Assembly: GCA_002104905.1 (NCBI GenBank)
Contig: MCFE01000103.1
Location: 62,001 to 126,000, forward strand
Direction: 5' to 3'
Length of the DNA: 64,000 nucleotides
From: Basidiobolus meristosporus CBS 931.73
Lineage: Eukaryota > Fungi > Basidiobolomycota
Shown: positions 11,530 through 24,744 of the stretch, piece after piece
Position numbering within the stretch: the stretch's first letter is position 1
Layout: every line of letters starts with the position of its first letter
Notes under the pieces: generated by a model
The model's input: the letters and a program-made list of their open reading frames with translations, nothing else
Told to the model about the DNA's origin: nothing
Database searches by the model: none
Position numbers and translations under genes: made by a program

Positions 11530-14500
11530 AAACATAAGGGCAATAGGCAACAGGGCTTCCATCAACAATTTGATATAGTGTTTCATCCTGTACTACAAAT
11601 TTGCTGGCTTCATCACAGATTATCTTCTTGTTATCTTCATCCACCTCATTAGGAATGGCTTGGTCCTCCAAGTACTTTGGTAATAGGCTAGGTCAATCTG
11701 ATTCATGCACCAAGTTGAGTTATGCCACTTGTTCTTATCTTGATAAGGCATCAGCAATGGTGTTGTTTTTTCCAGGGCAGTAGACAGTCTCTAAGTCAAA
11801 TTGCTGAATGTATTCACTCCATCTTGTCATTCTTCTAGTGAGTACTTTCTGAGTAAACATACACTTGAGGGAGGCATGATCAGTCTTTACAGTGCATTTG
11901 ACTCCTTCAATATAGCATTACCATGTCTTCAGACAGTGTTTTATAGCCGGCATCTCCTTCTCATGTACCAGATGGTTTTGTTCTGCTAAGTTCAGTTTCT
12001 TGGATTCAAAGGCAACAGGGTAGTTCTTCCCTTGTGTTCTAGACTCAACACTCCACCAATTGCATAATCTGAAGCATCCATGCACAGAGTAAACTCTTTT
12101 CTGAAGGCAGGTATTCTTAAGCTTGGTAGTTTAGCAAGTTCATTCTTGAGCATCTGAAAGGCAGTCTCACAAGCTATGTCCCACTTATAGGTGTTGTCTT
12201 TCTTGAGGATATTAGTTAAAGGGGCTGCAATACTTGCAAAGGACTTGACAAATCTCCAATAATGGGAAACCATTCCAAGGAATGATCTGAGCTCTGATAT
12301 GCTATGGGGCTGCTTCAGGTTCTTGATAGCTTCAACCTTCTGAGGGTCTAAGGTCACTCCTGTGCTAGTCACTATGTGTCCCAGGTATTCAATGTGTTCC
12401 TTGAAGAATTCACACTTGTCTAGCTTGCCATAATGCTTGTTCTCTCTTAGCTTCTTCAAGACCTTTTCAATGTGCACCACGTGATCCTCTTCTGTCTTGC
12501 TGTATAACAATATGACATCCAGGTAGATTATCACAAACTTGTCTAAGTACTCCTGGAAGATGGTCTGCATCAGTGTCATGAATGTTGCAGGGGCATTGGT
12601 GAGGCCAAAACTCATTACTAAGTACTTGTAATGTCCATATCTGGTCCTGAATGCTGTCTTACGGATGTCTTCTGGCTTCACCCTAATCTGGTTGTATCCT
12701 GACATGAGGTCAATCTTGCTGAATATAGTGGCTCCATTGAGTTGGTCCAAAAGCTCATCAATCCAAGGTATGGGGTACTTATTCTTCACAGTAACTGAGT
12801 TGAGGGCTCTGTAGTCAATACACATCCTAGGAGCTCCATTCTTCTTCTCCACAAAAAGAACTGGTGCCCCCCAAGGTGACTTGCTGGGTCTGATATATCC
12901 TTGCTCCAGTAACTGATCTATTTGTCTCTTTATCTCTTCCAACTCCAATGGACTCATTCTGCAAGGTGTCTCACTCACTAGGGGGCTATCTCCTGTTAAT
13001 GGCATGATCTACATCTCTGACAGGTGGTAGGCTTACAAGTTTGTCTGGAAATACATCTGAATATTCCTTCAAAAGAGTCTGGACCTTTTGGGGTACTGGT
13101 GTAGAGGAATCCTCCAGTAAAACTGCCATAAGGAACATATGGGTGCCTTTTCTTAGTGCTCTACAGAACTGTGTCTTGCTAAGCTCACTTGTTTCCCGCA
13201 CACTGGAGTTGACCAAGTTAAAATCCAGTCTAGCAGGTAATAGCCCGTAGGTCTTGTTGTCCTTGTGTATCTGAGTAGCATGGGTTCTCCAGTTGATTGA
13301 TGGATTACAACAAAATAGCCAGGTTTTCCCAGGTACAAGGTCAAACTTGCAGCTCCCAGATATATAGGCCTGTAGATCTTCTTCATAGTCATTGATCTCC
13401 ATCCTTACTGGCTGAGTAATACGGATGATTATGTGAGAGTTCCCATCAGTTGTTGAGACTGAAGTTGATTTGGTGGGTTCCAAGTTGATTCCAGCTTTCA
13501 AAGCAAATTGCTCTGACATGTACTCATGCAATGCTGCTGAGTCAATCATGATTTTGGCAGGTACTCCATGGATTACTCCATCCAAGTATAATAGCTTTCC
13601 TGAGTTTGAGGTCATCAGGGAAATGTACTCTTCTGTCATATGGAAGGTGAGTTCTGAGTCTTCTTCAAGTGCAGCCTCCATATTACTTTGCTCCAGAGCA
13701 TCAATATACTCATAGGTTCTTAATGGCTGGGGTCCAATTCTTCTCTGAGGGCAGTACTTTGCAATATGTCCCTGCTGGTGGCAATTAAAGCAAAGTTCTT
13801 TCTTCTTACATTCTTCTGAGGTAGGATTCTTCTGTATAGCATCTATTTCCATTGGCACTGCTTCTGATTGTCTTCTTTCATAGTGATTGTGGCCTCTTTG
13901 ATTAGTCATTGTGGGCTTCCCACTCTAAACATAGCTGAGTCATAGTCAATGGCAATCTTGATGACTTCTTCAATAGTCTGAGATATTTAATAATTCACTT
14001 CCTTACAAGTTTTTTCTTTCAACCAATCAATAAAGTATTCCACTTGATCCAGAGGGTCCATTCTTTCATTTTGCTCAATTAGTCATCTATATTCATAGAT
14101 GTACTCTTGGACCATTCCTTTCTGTCTGAGTGTCTTCAACTTTCTTCTTAGCAGTGTCTGTTGGTGTCAGGGCCCAAAGGCATCCTGAGTTTCTGACACA
14201 AACCTATACCATAGATAGATTGTAGAGCATCCCATCATGGTGGCTTAACTGATCATGTTATGGTACCACTGTAAAGCTGCGTCTGCCAGGTAAGAGGCTG
14301 CATTATGTTACTTGCTTTCTGGAGTAATTCCCTTAGCCTTGAAGCTTCTGTTGCAATTTTAAGAAGTGATTTGGATATAAGGAACTTATCAAGAAATAGT
14401 GATAATAGCTGAACTGTTGTTTATTCATAAAGAAGTTCAGTATATATACCTTTGTAGAAGTAATACAGCTGCAACACTAAGTAGGGAGGGTTTCTCAATA

Positions 14501-15359
14501 TTCAGGAGCATTCTGTAACAGTTTCAGGGTTAGTACATAATGTTTGGTAATAGTGCTAATTTGATCCTGACTATAGGGGAATAATCATAAGATCATATAT
14601 CTAGAGAAAGTGGCAAAGTTAAGGCAGTAAATGAGTCCTACAGTGACTAAGACTAGCCTAGAATTGTTAAGTAAATTTTTAGCTGCTGAATGATACCAAA
14701 TAGTCCAATATTTCAACAGCTTCTTCAATCTGGAAGAGCCAAGTTCCTCAGTTTTCATTGACTCTACCATGGTACTTGTTGACTTTCACACTGAAGTTGC
14801 TCTTGATAGGGTTTTGCTGGCTTTTGGCTGTGGTAGTCATTACTTGTTGTTGCTGGCTAAGAATCTGGAGTACCTGTTGCTGCTGGGCCAGGATTTGCTG
14901 CATAGCATTCTTCCATTCTTGATTTTTGGATATCTTGAGAAAGGCTTCTTCTTTCTTCAGGAGGAAGGTCTCTGGTTATTGCTGCTACCAATGTTACAAG
15001 TCTTGGTATAAGAGTTGTAGAGGAATAGGGAGTTTAGCTAGTATTGTATTCACTAAAACTTGAACTGATATTTATTGAGGTTCCAGCAGCTCCTTATATA
15101 CATTTTGCCTGATCAATTCCTGCCTAATTGTATTTCCTAATGTAGGATGTGGCTGATGACTCATTTGATTGCATCCTCATCACCCAATAAGATCTTACTT
15201 GATATGTCTATTTCTCTCTGATAAGGATCTGCTGGTTCATTTGCTGACCAATGCTACTGATTTGATAAATAATACTGATATACTGATAACCTAAGCATAT
15301 ACTAATTGATTTGACTAAAAACTGATCTAACTTAAATATTCAAGCGGCAGATCATAACA
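11530..15359 (-). mobile_element. G1 Ty3/gypsy element, 5' LTR 14992-15359, decayed and 3'-truncated in integrase
   Basis: 368-bp LTR (TGTTATGATC...TGTAACA) followed by a TGGTAGCAG PBS-like sequence. Gag, CFNCHQQGHIAKYC knuckle, protease, RT (ORF 11992..13005, [14 protein letters not shown]) and RNase H, with frameshifts. Confidence 0.92.
14349..14718 (-). repeat. Solo LTR of copia family C1 inserted in G1 gag
   Basis: Reverse complement of the 369-bp C1 LTR with about 6 substitutions and 1 indel. TSD GCTTC at 14344-14348 and 14719-14723. Removing it restores the WLFQIEEAFKAKGI gag reading. Confidence 0.97.
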
Positions 15360-17840
15360 CTTAGGCAAGTTTGTGGTAATATTCCTAGATGACATAATAA
15401 TACACAGCAAGACAGAGGAGGCCCACTTGATGCACATCAAATTGGTCTTAAAGAATCAAACAGTGAACAAGCTAAATGGCAAGCTAGCAAAGTGTTAGTT
15501 CTTCAATGAACACATTGAGTATATGAGACACATAGTACTAGCACAGGTGTGACCTTGGACCCCAAGCAAGTGGAAGTTATCAACAATCTGAAGCAGCTCT
15601 ACAGCATTTCAGAGCTCATATCATATCTTGGAATGGTTTTTTTTTATTGGAGGTTTGTCAAGTCCTTTGCAAGTATTACAGCCCATATGACTGATATCCT
15701 CAAGAAACAAAACATTTTGAAGTGGGACATAGCCTGTGAGACTGCATTTCAGATGCTGAAGAATGACCTTGTCAAGCTGCTTAGCCTAGGAATATCTGAC
15801 TTTAGATTAGAGTTCACTCTCTGCACATACACTTCAAATTGTGCCATTGGTGGAGTACTTAACCAGGAACCTGAGGCAGAGGAATAACCAGCTGCTTTTG
15901 AAATCAAGTAACTGAATCCAGCAGCACAAAACTCTCCTGTGCATGAGAAGGAGATTCTTGTCACAATACACAACCTGAATAAATGGAGATATCACATTAA
16001 AGAGTTACTTGCACTGTGCCAAATGCAAAGCCTGCTCATGCCATACTCTAGTATGCATTACTCAGAGAGAACTATCCAGAAGAATAACAGGATGGCTGGA
16101 ATGCATTCAATAACTTGACCTGGAGGTTGTGTACTTCCCTGGGAAAATAAAACAAGTGCCAACACCTTATCAATATTAAAAGTTGCACAACTCAACCTGG
16201 TACATGAATCAGATTGGCCAAGCCTGTTGCCAAAGTAATTGGAGGACTAAGCCATTCCTAATGTGGTAGATGAAGATATCAATACAATCTTAAAGGATGA
16301 AGCTAGTAAATTTGTAGCACAGGATGGAACACTCTACCAAGTTGTTGATGGAGGCCCTTTTGACTATTGCCCCTATGTTGCTCATCTAGACTTAGCACAC
16401 AAGCTACACAATGATATGGACACCCTGCAATTCAAGAAATCTGTAGCCTAGTAAAAGCTAGTGCATGGCAGCCCAGAATGAAACAAGATATTGAGTAGCT
16501 GGTACAAGCATGCCCAAGTTGCCAAATCACCTCAGTTCAACCACAGATAATTGCTGAACTCTTTCCCTTGGAACCTGCAAGACTATTTGAGAGATAGAAA
16601 AATCACTTTATTGAAAGACTGCCCACTACTAAAACAAGCAATTGGCGGACTTTAGTAGAAATTAACCACTCTACCAAGTTGCTAATGGCTAGAACTTCAC
16701 CAGTAGCCAGTGAGCAACAAGTTGCAAGTTTCATCTACTCTGAGATCCTGATGGAGTTTGGATGCCCAGTGGAAATTTTGTCTGACAGAGGAGCAAGCTT
16801 TATGACAAGTCCATTGAAAGCCTACCTGCAAATGCAGCTGATCAAGCATCTAAAAACTTTGGCATGTCACAATAGTACTTTGGTCACTGAGCAGTTCAAA
16901 GGATTATTTAGAAAGTGCTGGTTAAGCATAAAAATGAAGCTGGAGGTAAATGGGGTGAAAATCTTGACCAAGGACTGTTTGCCTGCAGAGTTAGAGTGCA
17001 CAGCACTACCTAACAATTGCCATTTTACCCAGTGTATGGATGTGAGCCCAGAATTTCATGATATCTAACACAGCCAAAACTCACTGAAACTTGGTGGATG
17101 AGCTCAGTCAGTCTAGTAGAAACCAACAACTGGAACAAGTATGTCATGAGGCAGAGGCCAAAATCCCTCAAAGTGCAGAAGAGATGCAGCACAGAGTTGA
17201 TATGACTATGTCACCAGAGACTATGACAGTTGAGAACTTTCTATTGCCAAGAAATAACACTTGCAAGAACTAAGAGCCACAATGAAAAGGATGATTCAAA
17301 ATCATCTGAACAGTGTTCATTTGCAACTTACTAGTTAGAAGACAATCAAGGAAATATCCATGAAGATCTAGTTCATACCTACAGGCTCAAGCTTGCAAGA
17401 CTTACTGACAAAGCTAAGCCATCACAATACTGGAACCAAAAGAAAAGAGATTCAGAAGAGCCCTTCCAGCTTTGGTGTGGAAGAATGTAATAATTTATTT
17501 TCTGAATGTTCAAGCTATATCAAGTTTTAGTAAAATCAATTAGTTATATTTTAGCCTATTGGTATATTAGTATTTCTATACTATCAGTAATTTGGATCAT
17601 CAGATCCTGATCAGAAAGAAATAGTTGTATTGAGTAAGATCTAATTGGGTGTTGATGATGCAACTAAATGAGTCATCAGCCACAACCTACATTAGGAAAT
17701 ACAATTAGTCAGCAATAGATCAAGCTAAATCAATATCAGGAGCTGCTGGAACTTCAATAAATATTGGTTTAACTCTTGGTGAATACAATTCCAGCTAAAC
17801 CCCCTATTCCTCTAGAACTTGTATATCAAGACTTGTAGCA
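15360..17840 (+). mobile_element. Decayed G1 gypsy RT-RNase H-integrase with 3' LTR at about 17486-17840
   Basis: ORFs 15549..15887, 16263..16451, 16679..17068 and 17091..17273 match G1 pol. The LTR is homologous to 1272-1639 and ends CAAGACTTGTAGCA. Confidence 0.85.
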
Positions 17841-18057
17841 TTATTTCACCTACTATGCTGGAGAAAGTTCATTTTTGCTATTGATTTGAGATAAGTGTTG
17901 TGCATAATGTAAATGGAGGCAGAAACACTGAACACAAGCATATGACTCTTGAAACTAAGGTGTGTGACATGTTACAAGAATGCATGGCATTATAGTAGTC
18001 CACTCATACCACTGGTACAGGTCTTGATAAAGAGTAGTGTAGGAATAGAGAGTTTAG

Positions 18058-18467
18058 TGTTGAAATATTAATGAGTTGTATTAGAAGTGAACTGGAGAAT
18101 TAGAAAATTTACAGGATATTCACTATTTGATTCATTGAGTTGCAAAACCACTTGTGTACTAATTGCAAACTATATAAATATGACTATTTTGGTCATTGTC
18201 AGGGGAATCTCAGGAGTACATGTGTGAAGTTTAGCCAATATCAATAGGTTCCTGATTTTCCTGAAGTGCTATTCTTCAACAATTCCTAATAGATAGTAAT
18301 TATATTACAAGCTTATTTCTAAGTTATTACTTGGAGATATGTCATTTAACAACATGCTAGTTCTTAATAGACTCACAGTTAGGTGGACTCCTAATTATTT
18401 CAATATTGAGTAAATCACTGCTGTGCTAATCAATATGTTTCCAAGATACTCAGGATGTTCCTCAACA
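18058..18467. repeat. Possible solo LTR of another family
   Basis: About 410 bp bounded by TGTTGA...TCAACA with a TATATAAAT box. No TSD and no second copy in the window. Confidence 0.3.
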
Positions 18468-18469
18468 CA

Positions 18470-19850
18470 CTGCCACTTTGCTAGATTGCCATATAGCTTG
18501 CTCTCTCAGCTTCTTCAAGACCTTTTAATGTGCATTAAGTGGTCCTCTTCTGTCATGCTGTAAATCAACTTGCCTTCTTGGTAGATTACCACAAGCCACT
18601 CTAAGTACTTCTGAAAAATGGTTTGAATCAATGATATGAATGTTGCAGGAGCATTGGTGTGGCCAAAACTGATAATCAAGCACTTATACTGTCCATATCT
18701 GGTCCTGAATGATGTCTGGGTGATATTTTCTGGTTTCACCCTTATCTGATTGTATCCTGACATGCGGTCAAACATGCTGAATATGGTGGCTTGGTGAAGT
18801 TGGTCCAAGGGATGGGGTACTGATTATTCACATTAACTGAGCTAAGGGCTCTGTAGTCAATGCACATCCTGAGTGATCTGTCCTTCTTCCTCACAAAAAG
18901 CACTTGTGCTCCCAAAGGTGACTTGCTGGGCCTGATGTATACATGCTCCAATTGTAGTTCAATTTGTCTCTTGATCTCTTTCAATTCTAATAGACTCATC
19001 CTGCAAGGTATCATATTCACTGATGGGCTATCTCCTATGTCAATGGCATGATCCACACCTCTGAATGGTGGTAGACTCACAAGCTCCACTGGAAACACAT
19101 TCAAGTCTTCTCTAAGCTGAGCCTGTACTTTCTGGAGAATTGGAGTAGATGAATCCTTGCCTGGTAGGTAGTAGCTCATAGGTCTGGTTGACTATTTTGA
19201 TCTGAGTGGCATGAGTTATCCCATTGATTAAAGGACTACAAGTTAATGGCCATGCTTTTACTAGTACCAGGTCATATTTGCAGTTTGCAAAAAGGTAGGT
19301 TCATAGGTCTTCATAATAGTATTTTATCTTTGTACTTTCTGGCTTAGTAATATGGTTGCTGATGTGAGCGTTCCCACCAGCTGTTGAGATTGAAGCTGAT
19401 TAAGTAGTTTCCCAATTGATTCCAACATTCAGGTAACTTGTTCTGATATTTACTTGTGTGATGCCTCTAAGTCAACCATAATCTTAGTAGGTACCCCATG
19501 GATTACTCCATTCAAATATTATGGTTTTTCTGAGCTGGAGGTTATTTGGGATAAGTATATTTCTGTCATATGGAAGGGGAGCTTGCAGTCTTCTTCATGC
19601 TCACCCTTGACTTCAACACACTCTTGGGCTTCAATTTGATTGAAGGTTACTGCCTACTGATGTCCTTTTTTTCCCTGAGGGGAGTACTTTGAGATGTGCC
19701 CATGCAGAGTACAGTTGAAATAAAGACCTTTCTTCTTGCATTCCTGCAGGCTGAGATTCCTCTGCATAGTATCTATTACCATTGGCAGTACTTCTAGTTG
19801 TCTCTTTTCATAGTGATTATAGCTCTCCTGATCAGTAAGGGAAGTCAATC
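18470..19850 (-). pseudogene. Decayed G1 gypsy fragment (gag end, protease, RT N-terminus)
   Basis: ORFs 19654..19848, 18742..19179 ([10 protein letters not shown]) and 18515..18808 are homologous to 11992..13909. Confidence 0.88.
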
Positions 19851-19939
19851 CTTTGTTGATAGATCTTCACTTCTACTGGTAGCACTTTCTTTTATTTATT
19901 AGATGTTGATCACTGCACCTATCTTTGACAGTTAGGGTT

Positions 19940-22900
19940 AGGCAGTACTTTTACACAACCATGGAATGTGCTTTTACACATGACCATCAGCAATTTCCTT
20001 GTGGGCAGCTAACTGACAATGGCCTGCTGGAAACAACACCAACATAGGAGCCTTTGATGGGTACAAGAATGTGTCAGTGCCTGACACTTCAGGCCAGTTT
20101 GGTAACATTGTCTGGAGTGTTTCAGCATGGTCAAGCTCCAGCATTGAACTCATTATAAGATGATGTTCTTAGTGCTGGTGTTTTGATAATAATAATGTGT
20201 GTAAATTATGGAGTAAATACCCTGGATCTCACACATTCAACAGCAATACCATCATGGAATTAGAATGGTCTTTTGGTCATATGCTGCCAGCCTCATGCCA
20301 GTTGTTCATTTGTACAATGTTTGTTGTAAGAAGCAACTCAAAATGATTTTGGAAATGAAATGGTAATAAATCCTCAAAACTCCATAACTAATTTTTGAGG
20401 AAACATACTACCACACTAGCCACAACTTCTCATAGCTTACTAGTACATGGATTACTGGGCTTAATATGCTTCATCAGATATTCTTGGCTTTTTTTCTATG
20501 GGTGTTATCTCATTGAATATTGGGATATGGCCAGGCCTATGCAGTGTGCTGCTGTTAGGGAAGGTAGGTTTGCAATCCATCAGTGAGCCTTCCTCAGCAA
20601 AGCTGTCACTCTGTGTGCCATATTCAGAAGGCTGAGGTAATATTAAAGGCATTGCAAACTCACCTCACTAAGTTTGAGCAAGGTGACAAGTACAGCTAGG
20701 TACTAATATAGAAGTAGCAAGTGGCCAGCAAGATACTGTTACTAGAGTAGTGACTGATGAATGGCCAAATATGACTTATGTGGCAAAATATTAGCTGTGA
20801 TCCTTGTAACTCCAGCAAAGCTGTCTGCATGCTTAATGGCTGAAAGGCTTGCTAAAATAGCTATATGATCTATTTTTCTCCTCCTATGGCATTGAATCAA
20901 ACCAGTCATCTTCATGGGGCAAATATTTTAGCACTCAACAACATTGCACTATTGTATCACTTTTTGTCAAACTCATGTAAATTTAAGACAGTCTTGTATG
21001 AGAGAAATTGCACCTACTTGAAGATAAGATCCAATGATGACCCACCATAGTAAGCATTATCAATATAGTTGGGGCACCACATACACATATATATGTAGCT
21101 CTACTTTCCCTTTGGATTGACTCACTTCCACATATATGCTGTTAAAAAGTAAAGCAAGGTCATCAGCACCTCAACTAAGCCCCACTGTTGACAGCAGGAG
21201 AGGAATGGTTGAACAACAACTTTTGTTGACAATCAGTGCAACAAACAGAACCACATCCAAAAAATGCCATGTTGAAAGTGTGCCCACTGAAGGTAACTCA
21301 TGCAGACTCCTCAGGCTCTTGGCAAAGTAGACAGTTAGAAATCTCTGTTGAGTTGCAAGCTGACCTTAAATGCTCTGGCAGATGAGAGGGTACAAATGCA
21401 GTACCTTTGGTTGAAGACAAGCAGGTGACTATCATAACATCACCACATATTGTATTAACAAGTATGTTTCATGATATACCAGAGTATTGATGAGGCAATT
21501 AGGTACAGTGGTTGATAAAAAAGATTTGATGGCCCAGAGGAATCGGGAAATAGTCCAGAAGTAGGAGGAGCTGTGGATTTGTGTAGAGACATCAATATCC
21601 CAGGGAGGGAATACAGTATTTTTGCTGCAAAGAAGGAACACAAGTAGCTTGATGGCACATCCAAGAATTGAGCTGTTTCCTGATGCAACAGCAAAGGAAC
21701 ACTGTACAGACTTTGAAGCACAATTAAAGTGTCACAAGATAAAGCCCACATAGACACCTATCACAGTATGGGAGGGAAACACTGTGGTGTTCATTCCAAA
21801 GTCTTAGTATTAAAAGACATTGACAATGTGTGGAGTCTTTGAGTGCAATGATGAAGAGTGGGCTAATATTCATGAGGCTGTTAGAAGTCTAGCACTGCAT
21901 CACCTCAATGCCAGCTCACCATGGGACCATCAGGAACTCAAGGCCAAGCAGTGTATACTTAATCTGCTCCATGAGTGCTGCACTCAAGCAAGCAAACAAA
22001 TTTGGGCCAGCATTGGTATACCATGATGGTATCTCAATATTAGCAGAAACTACCTGAGGCAGAAGAAGGGTGACATGGCTAAAAGCCAGCAGCTTCCTCC
22101 AAAGCTTGGCATTGGCACAACGGAAAGCTCCAAAAAGCAGTAATTAAACATCTGATAGCCAGGAGAGTGCCAGTAAGGGTCTGTTTCATCAGTGCAACAT
22201 TAATCAAGAAGAAAATATAGGTCAATGCAGGAGGTGCCAAGTCACAGTAACAGTGAAGGATTTAATAGTAATAAAAGCCTTCAGCTTACTCAGGAGCCTG
22301 TCACAAGCAGGGCTGGAACATCCAAACAATGACAAAGAAGTGCCAGGTTGCTTGGAGAGTGCCCACAAGGGACAAGCTTGCAAAAGCAGATGCACCAGTG
22401 CAGCATTAAATAAGGAGAAAATTTGATCAATAAACAAGTCACTCAGTCAAGGTAGCAGTAAAGGATTTGAAAGTGATAAATACCAACAGCTTTCTGAGGA
22501 GCCCATCATAGGAAGGATTAAGGTTAAGAGAAAAAGGCTACTCAAGCCAGAGACAGGGAAACAGGAGAAAAAAGCTGCAGCTCACACCAATCAGTGGCAT
22601 CAGCTCAGATTGGGCTGAGTCCCATTGTAGCCAACATGATTTACCAATAAGACAAAAGCTTTTTTCTTGAGAGTTGGAGAAACAGGCAGGCCAGCAACAC
22701 TCCAGCAAGATACATGAGTTTGTGGAGAAAAGCAACTTATATACCAATGCCTTGATATCCTCCATTATAGTCAAAGTGGAGATCCCATCAGTAGCCAAAG
22801 TAACAACATCATGAACTCAAAAGACTAACACAATATCTACAGTGGAATTCTGGAACATTACTTAGCATATCACAAGGTTCAGCAGTTTTGCAATTGTGGT

Positions 22901-23450
22901 GCTCAAGAAAATGTGCTTGAATATTGCAAGAATTTATTGCAAAGACTGGCATATGAGGTGCTAGACCATGCAGTGCAGGCTGAAGACCAGAATGTATGGG
23001 AGCCAGTGAGTGAAAAGTGGCACAGAGCCACAGGGTCCCACCTAATCATAGAAAACAGGAGTAAATGTAGAAGTACTTGGTGTAGGGTTGTGCTTAATGC
23101 TAGTTTAGGGTATAGGGATTTGCATTAGTAAACACAATTGGCAATTGAAGTACAACTGGAGTTGCAACATATATAAGTCAATATGTAAGCATGAAAACTG
23201 ATTGAATGTCTGGATTCTAAAAGGGGGAGAACTGGCAGAGGACCAATCAAAAAGGACTTATGTATTGTTGTTATGAAAAGTTCTGACCAAGTTTTTTTGT
23301 GATATCTGGTGTGCAAAACTTATTAACAGTCTTTGCAAGGTGACCTAATGGGATTAATACCTTATAGTCATGGGACTTTCATTTTGTGGTGGTCTTTTGA
23401 CAGAATCATCACAAGTATTTTTCATAGGCAATGTACCTTCAATATTTTCC
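19940..23450. mobile_element. Family X (CMC/CACTA-like) copy A: transposase fragment (-, about 19940-20870) head-to-head with ORF1 (+, about 21130-23040)
   Basis: Homologous to copies at 30110-34810 and 39771-43450, with the same divergent arrangement and a conserved spacer. Heavily stopped and frameshifted. Confidence 0.7.
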
Positions 23451-23539
23451 CTGCCTTTGGAAACTTCTTCAACAGCGCTCAGCTACACTTGTCCCCATGC
23501 ATATACTGCATTAGGTACTTCTGTGATGCTTCTTGGAAC

Positions 23540-24135
23540 ATATCAGTCTTTGCATATGGCCTTCAGAGTGATAAGCCTGAAAAGAAGGCCTACCAATGGA
23601 TTGTCAGCCTATCTCACCTCACAATAGTAGGCTACATAAGCCTGGCAAATCCAAATATGCAATGAGATAGGTGCCATGAAAAAAATGCTATAGATGCTCT
23701 ATGGAACCAAGTGAGCCCAGTATTCTATCTACTAGTTAATGATGAAATGCTGCAGCTAGAGAAATGATGTGGTTTTCCAATATCAGTTGTGGTGGCTTTG
23801 TGGATTTACTGCTACTTCTTGCCAAAAGCATGCTGGGATGCCACTTGCCAGGTAGTTGATACAAATGGAGAAATGTCATGCAGCTGGTAATGTATGACCC
23901 AGAGACTGTCCCAATACCAGCATGTGTCAACAGTTGCATGGCATTCACATCAGAAAAAGCCACCATTGTAAGGTTTTAACTTGTTGGGGCCCATTACCAT
24001 AGGAGGAACATCACAAGCAACTAAGAAGCAAGGGCTATTCTGAAGGTATGTATGGCCTTGACTATAAATAGGCATTTGATGAACCCTGAGTGAGCAATTA
24101 CTCCATCAGCAAATCCTGCAAGTATATGATCATCA
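23540..24135 (+). pseudogene. Family X transposase N-terminal fragment
   Basis: Matches 32500-33230 (YDPETVPIPACVNSCMAFTS motif). Confidence 0.65.
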
Positions 24136-24430
24136 AAAAATATAGTTACTTTTGTTAAACTAAAACTTTCAACTCAGATTTGTATTTGAGAAAAAAAAGT
24201 TTTTAAAAAATATTTTCGCCAAAGGTTTTTTAAATTAGATTTGTATTTTTTGCAAAAAAATTTAAAAAGTAGTTTCATCAAACAAGAAGTTTTAAATTTG
24301 GTTTGTATATTGGATGAAAAAGGTTTGTTGAAAAATATTTTTGTCAGACCAAAAAATTGGTTTGAAACATCTGCGCCTAAGTTGCATTTTAACTTAAATT
24401 TAGATTAAATAATATTAAACATAAATTCTG

Positions 24431-24710
24431 AAAATAATTTTGCAAGAAAAGGTTTTGCTAAACCAAAAGTTTAGTCAAAGTTAAAAAATAATTTTGCAAG
24501 AAAAGTTTAAACCAAAAGTTTAGTCAAAGTTAAAATTAATTTTGCAAGAAAAGGTTTAAACCAAAAGTTTAGTTGGAGTTAAAAAATAATTTTGCAAGAA
24601 AAGGTTTTGCTAAACCAAAAGTATGATCAAAGTTAAAAAATAATTTTGCAAAAGAAGTTTAAACCCAAAGCTTAGTCGAAGTTAAAAAATATTTTGGGAA
24701 AAAAGTTTCC
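24431..24710. repeat. AT-rich tandem array, about 5.5 units of 49-54 bp
   Basis: Unit AAAAAATAATTTTGCAAGAAAAGGTTT(TGC)TAAACCAAAAGTTTAGTCAAAGTT. Preceded by degenerate approximately 62-bp AT-rich units at 24170-24400. Confidence 0.9.
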
Positions 24711-24744
24711 AGCCAACACAATAAAAACTGCAATAAGCTGTTTC

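Noticed and set aside
12986-13005. Programmed frameshift between G1 ORFs 12986..13909 and 11992..13005
   Set aside because: The break falls inside pol, between protease and RT, at a conserved HAI.TGD stretch, and the element has other lesions. It is most simply a 1-bp indel.
19931-19942. GTTAGGGTTAGG telomere-like motif
   Set aside because: Only two units, at a TE junction, which is expected by chance.
24431-24710. CRISPR-like array
   Set aside because: The units are contiguous with no unique spacers, the context is eukaryotic and there are no cas genes.
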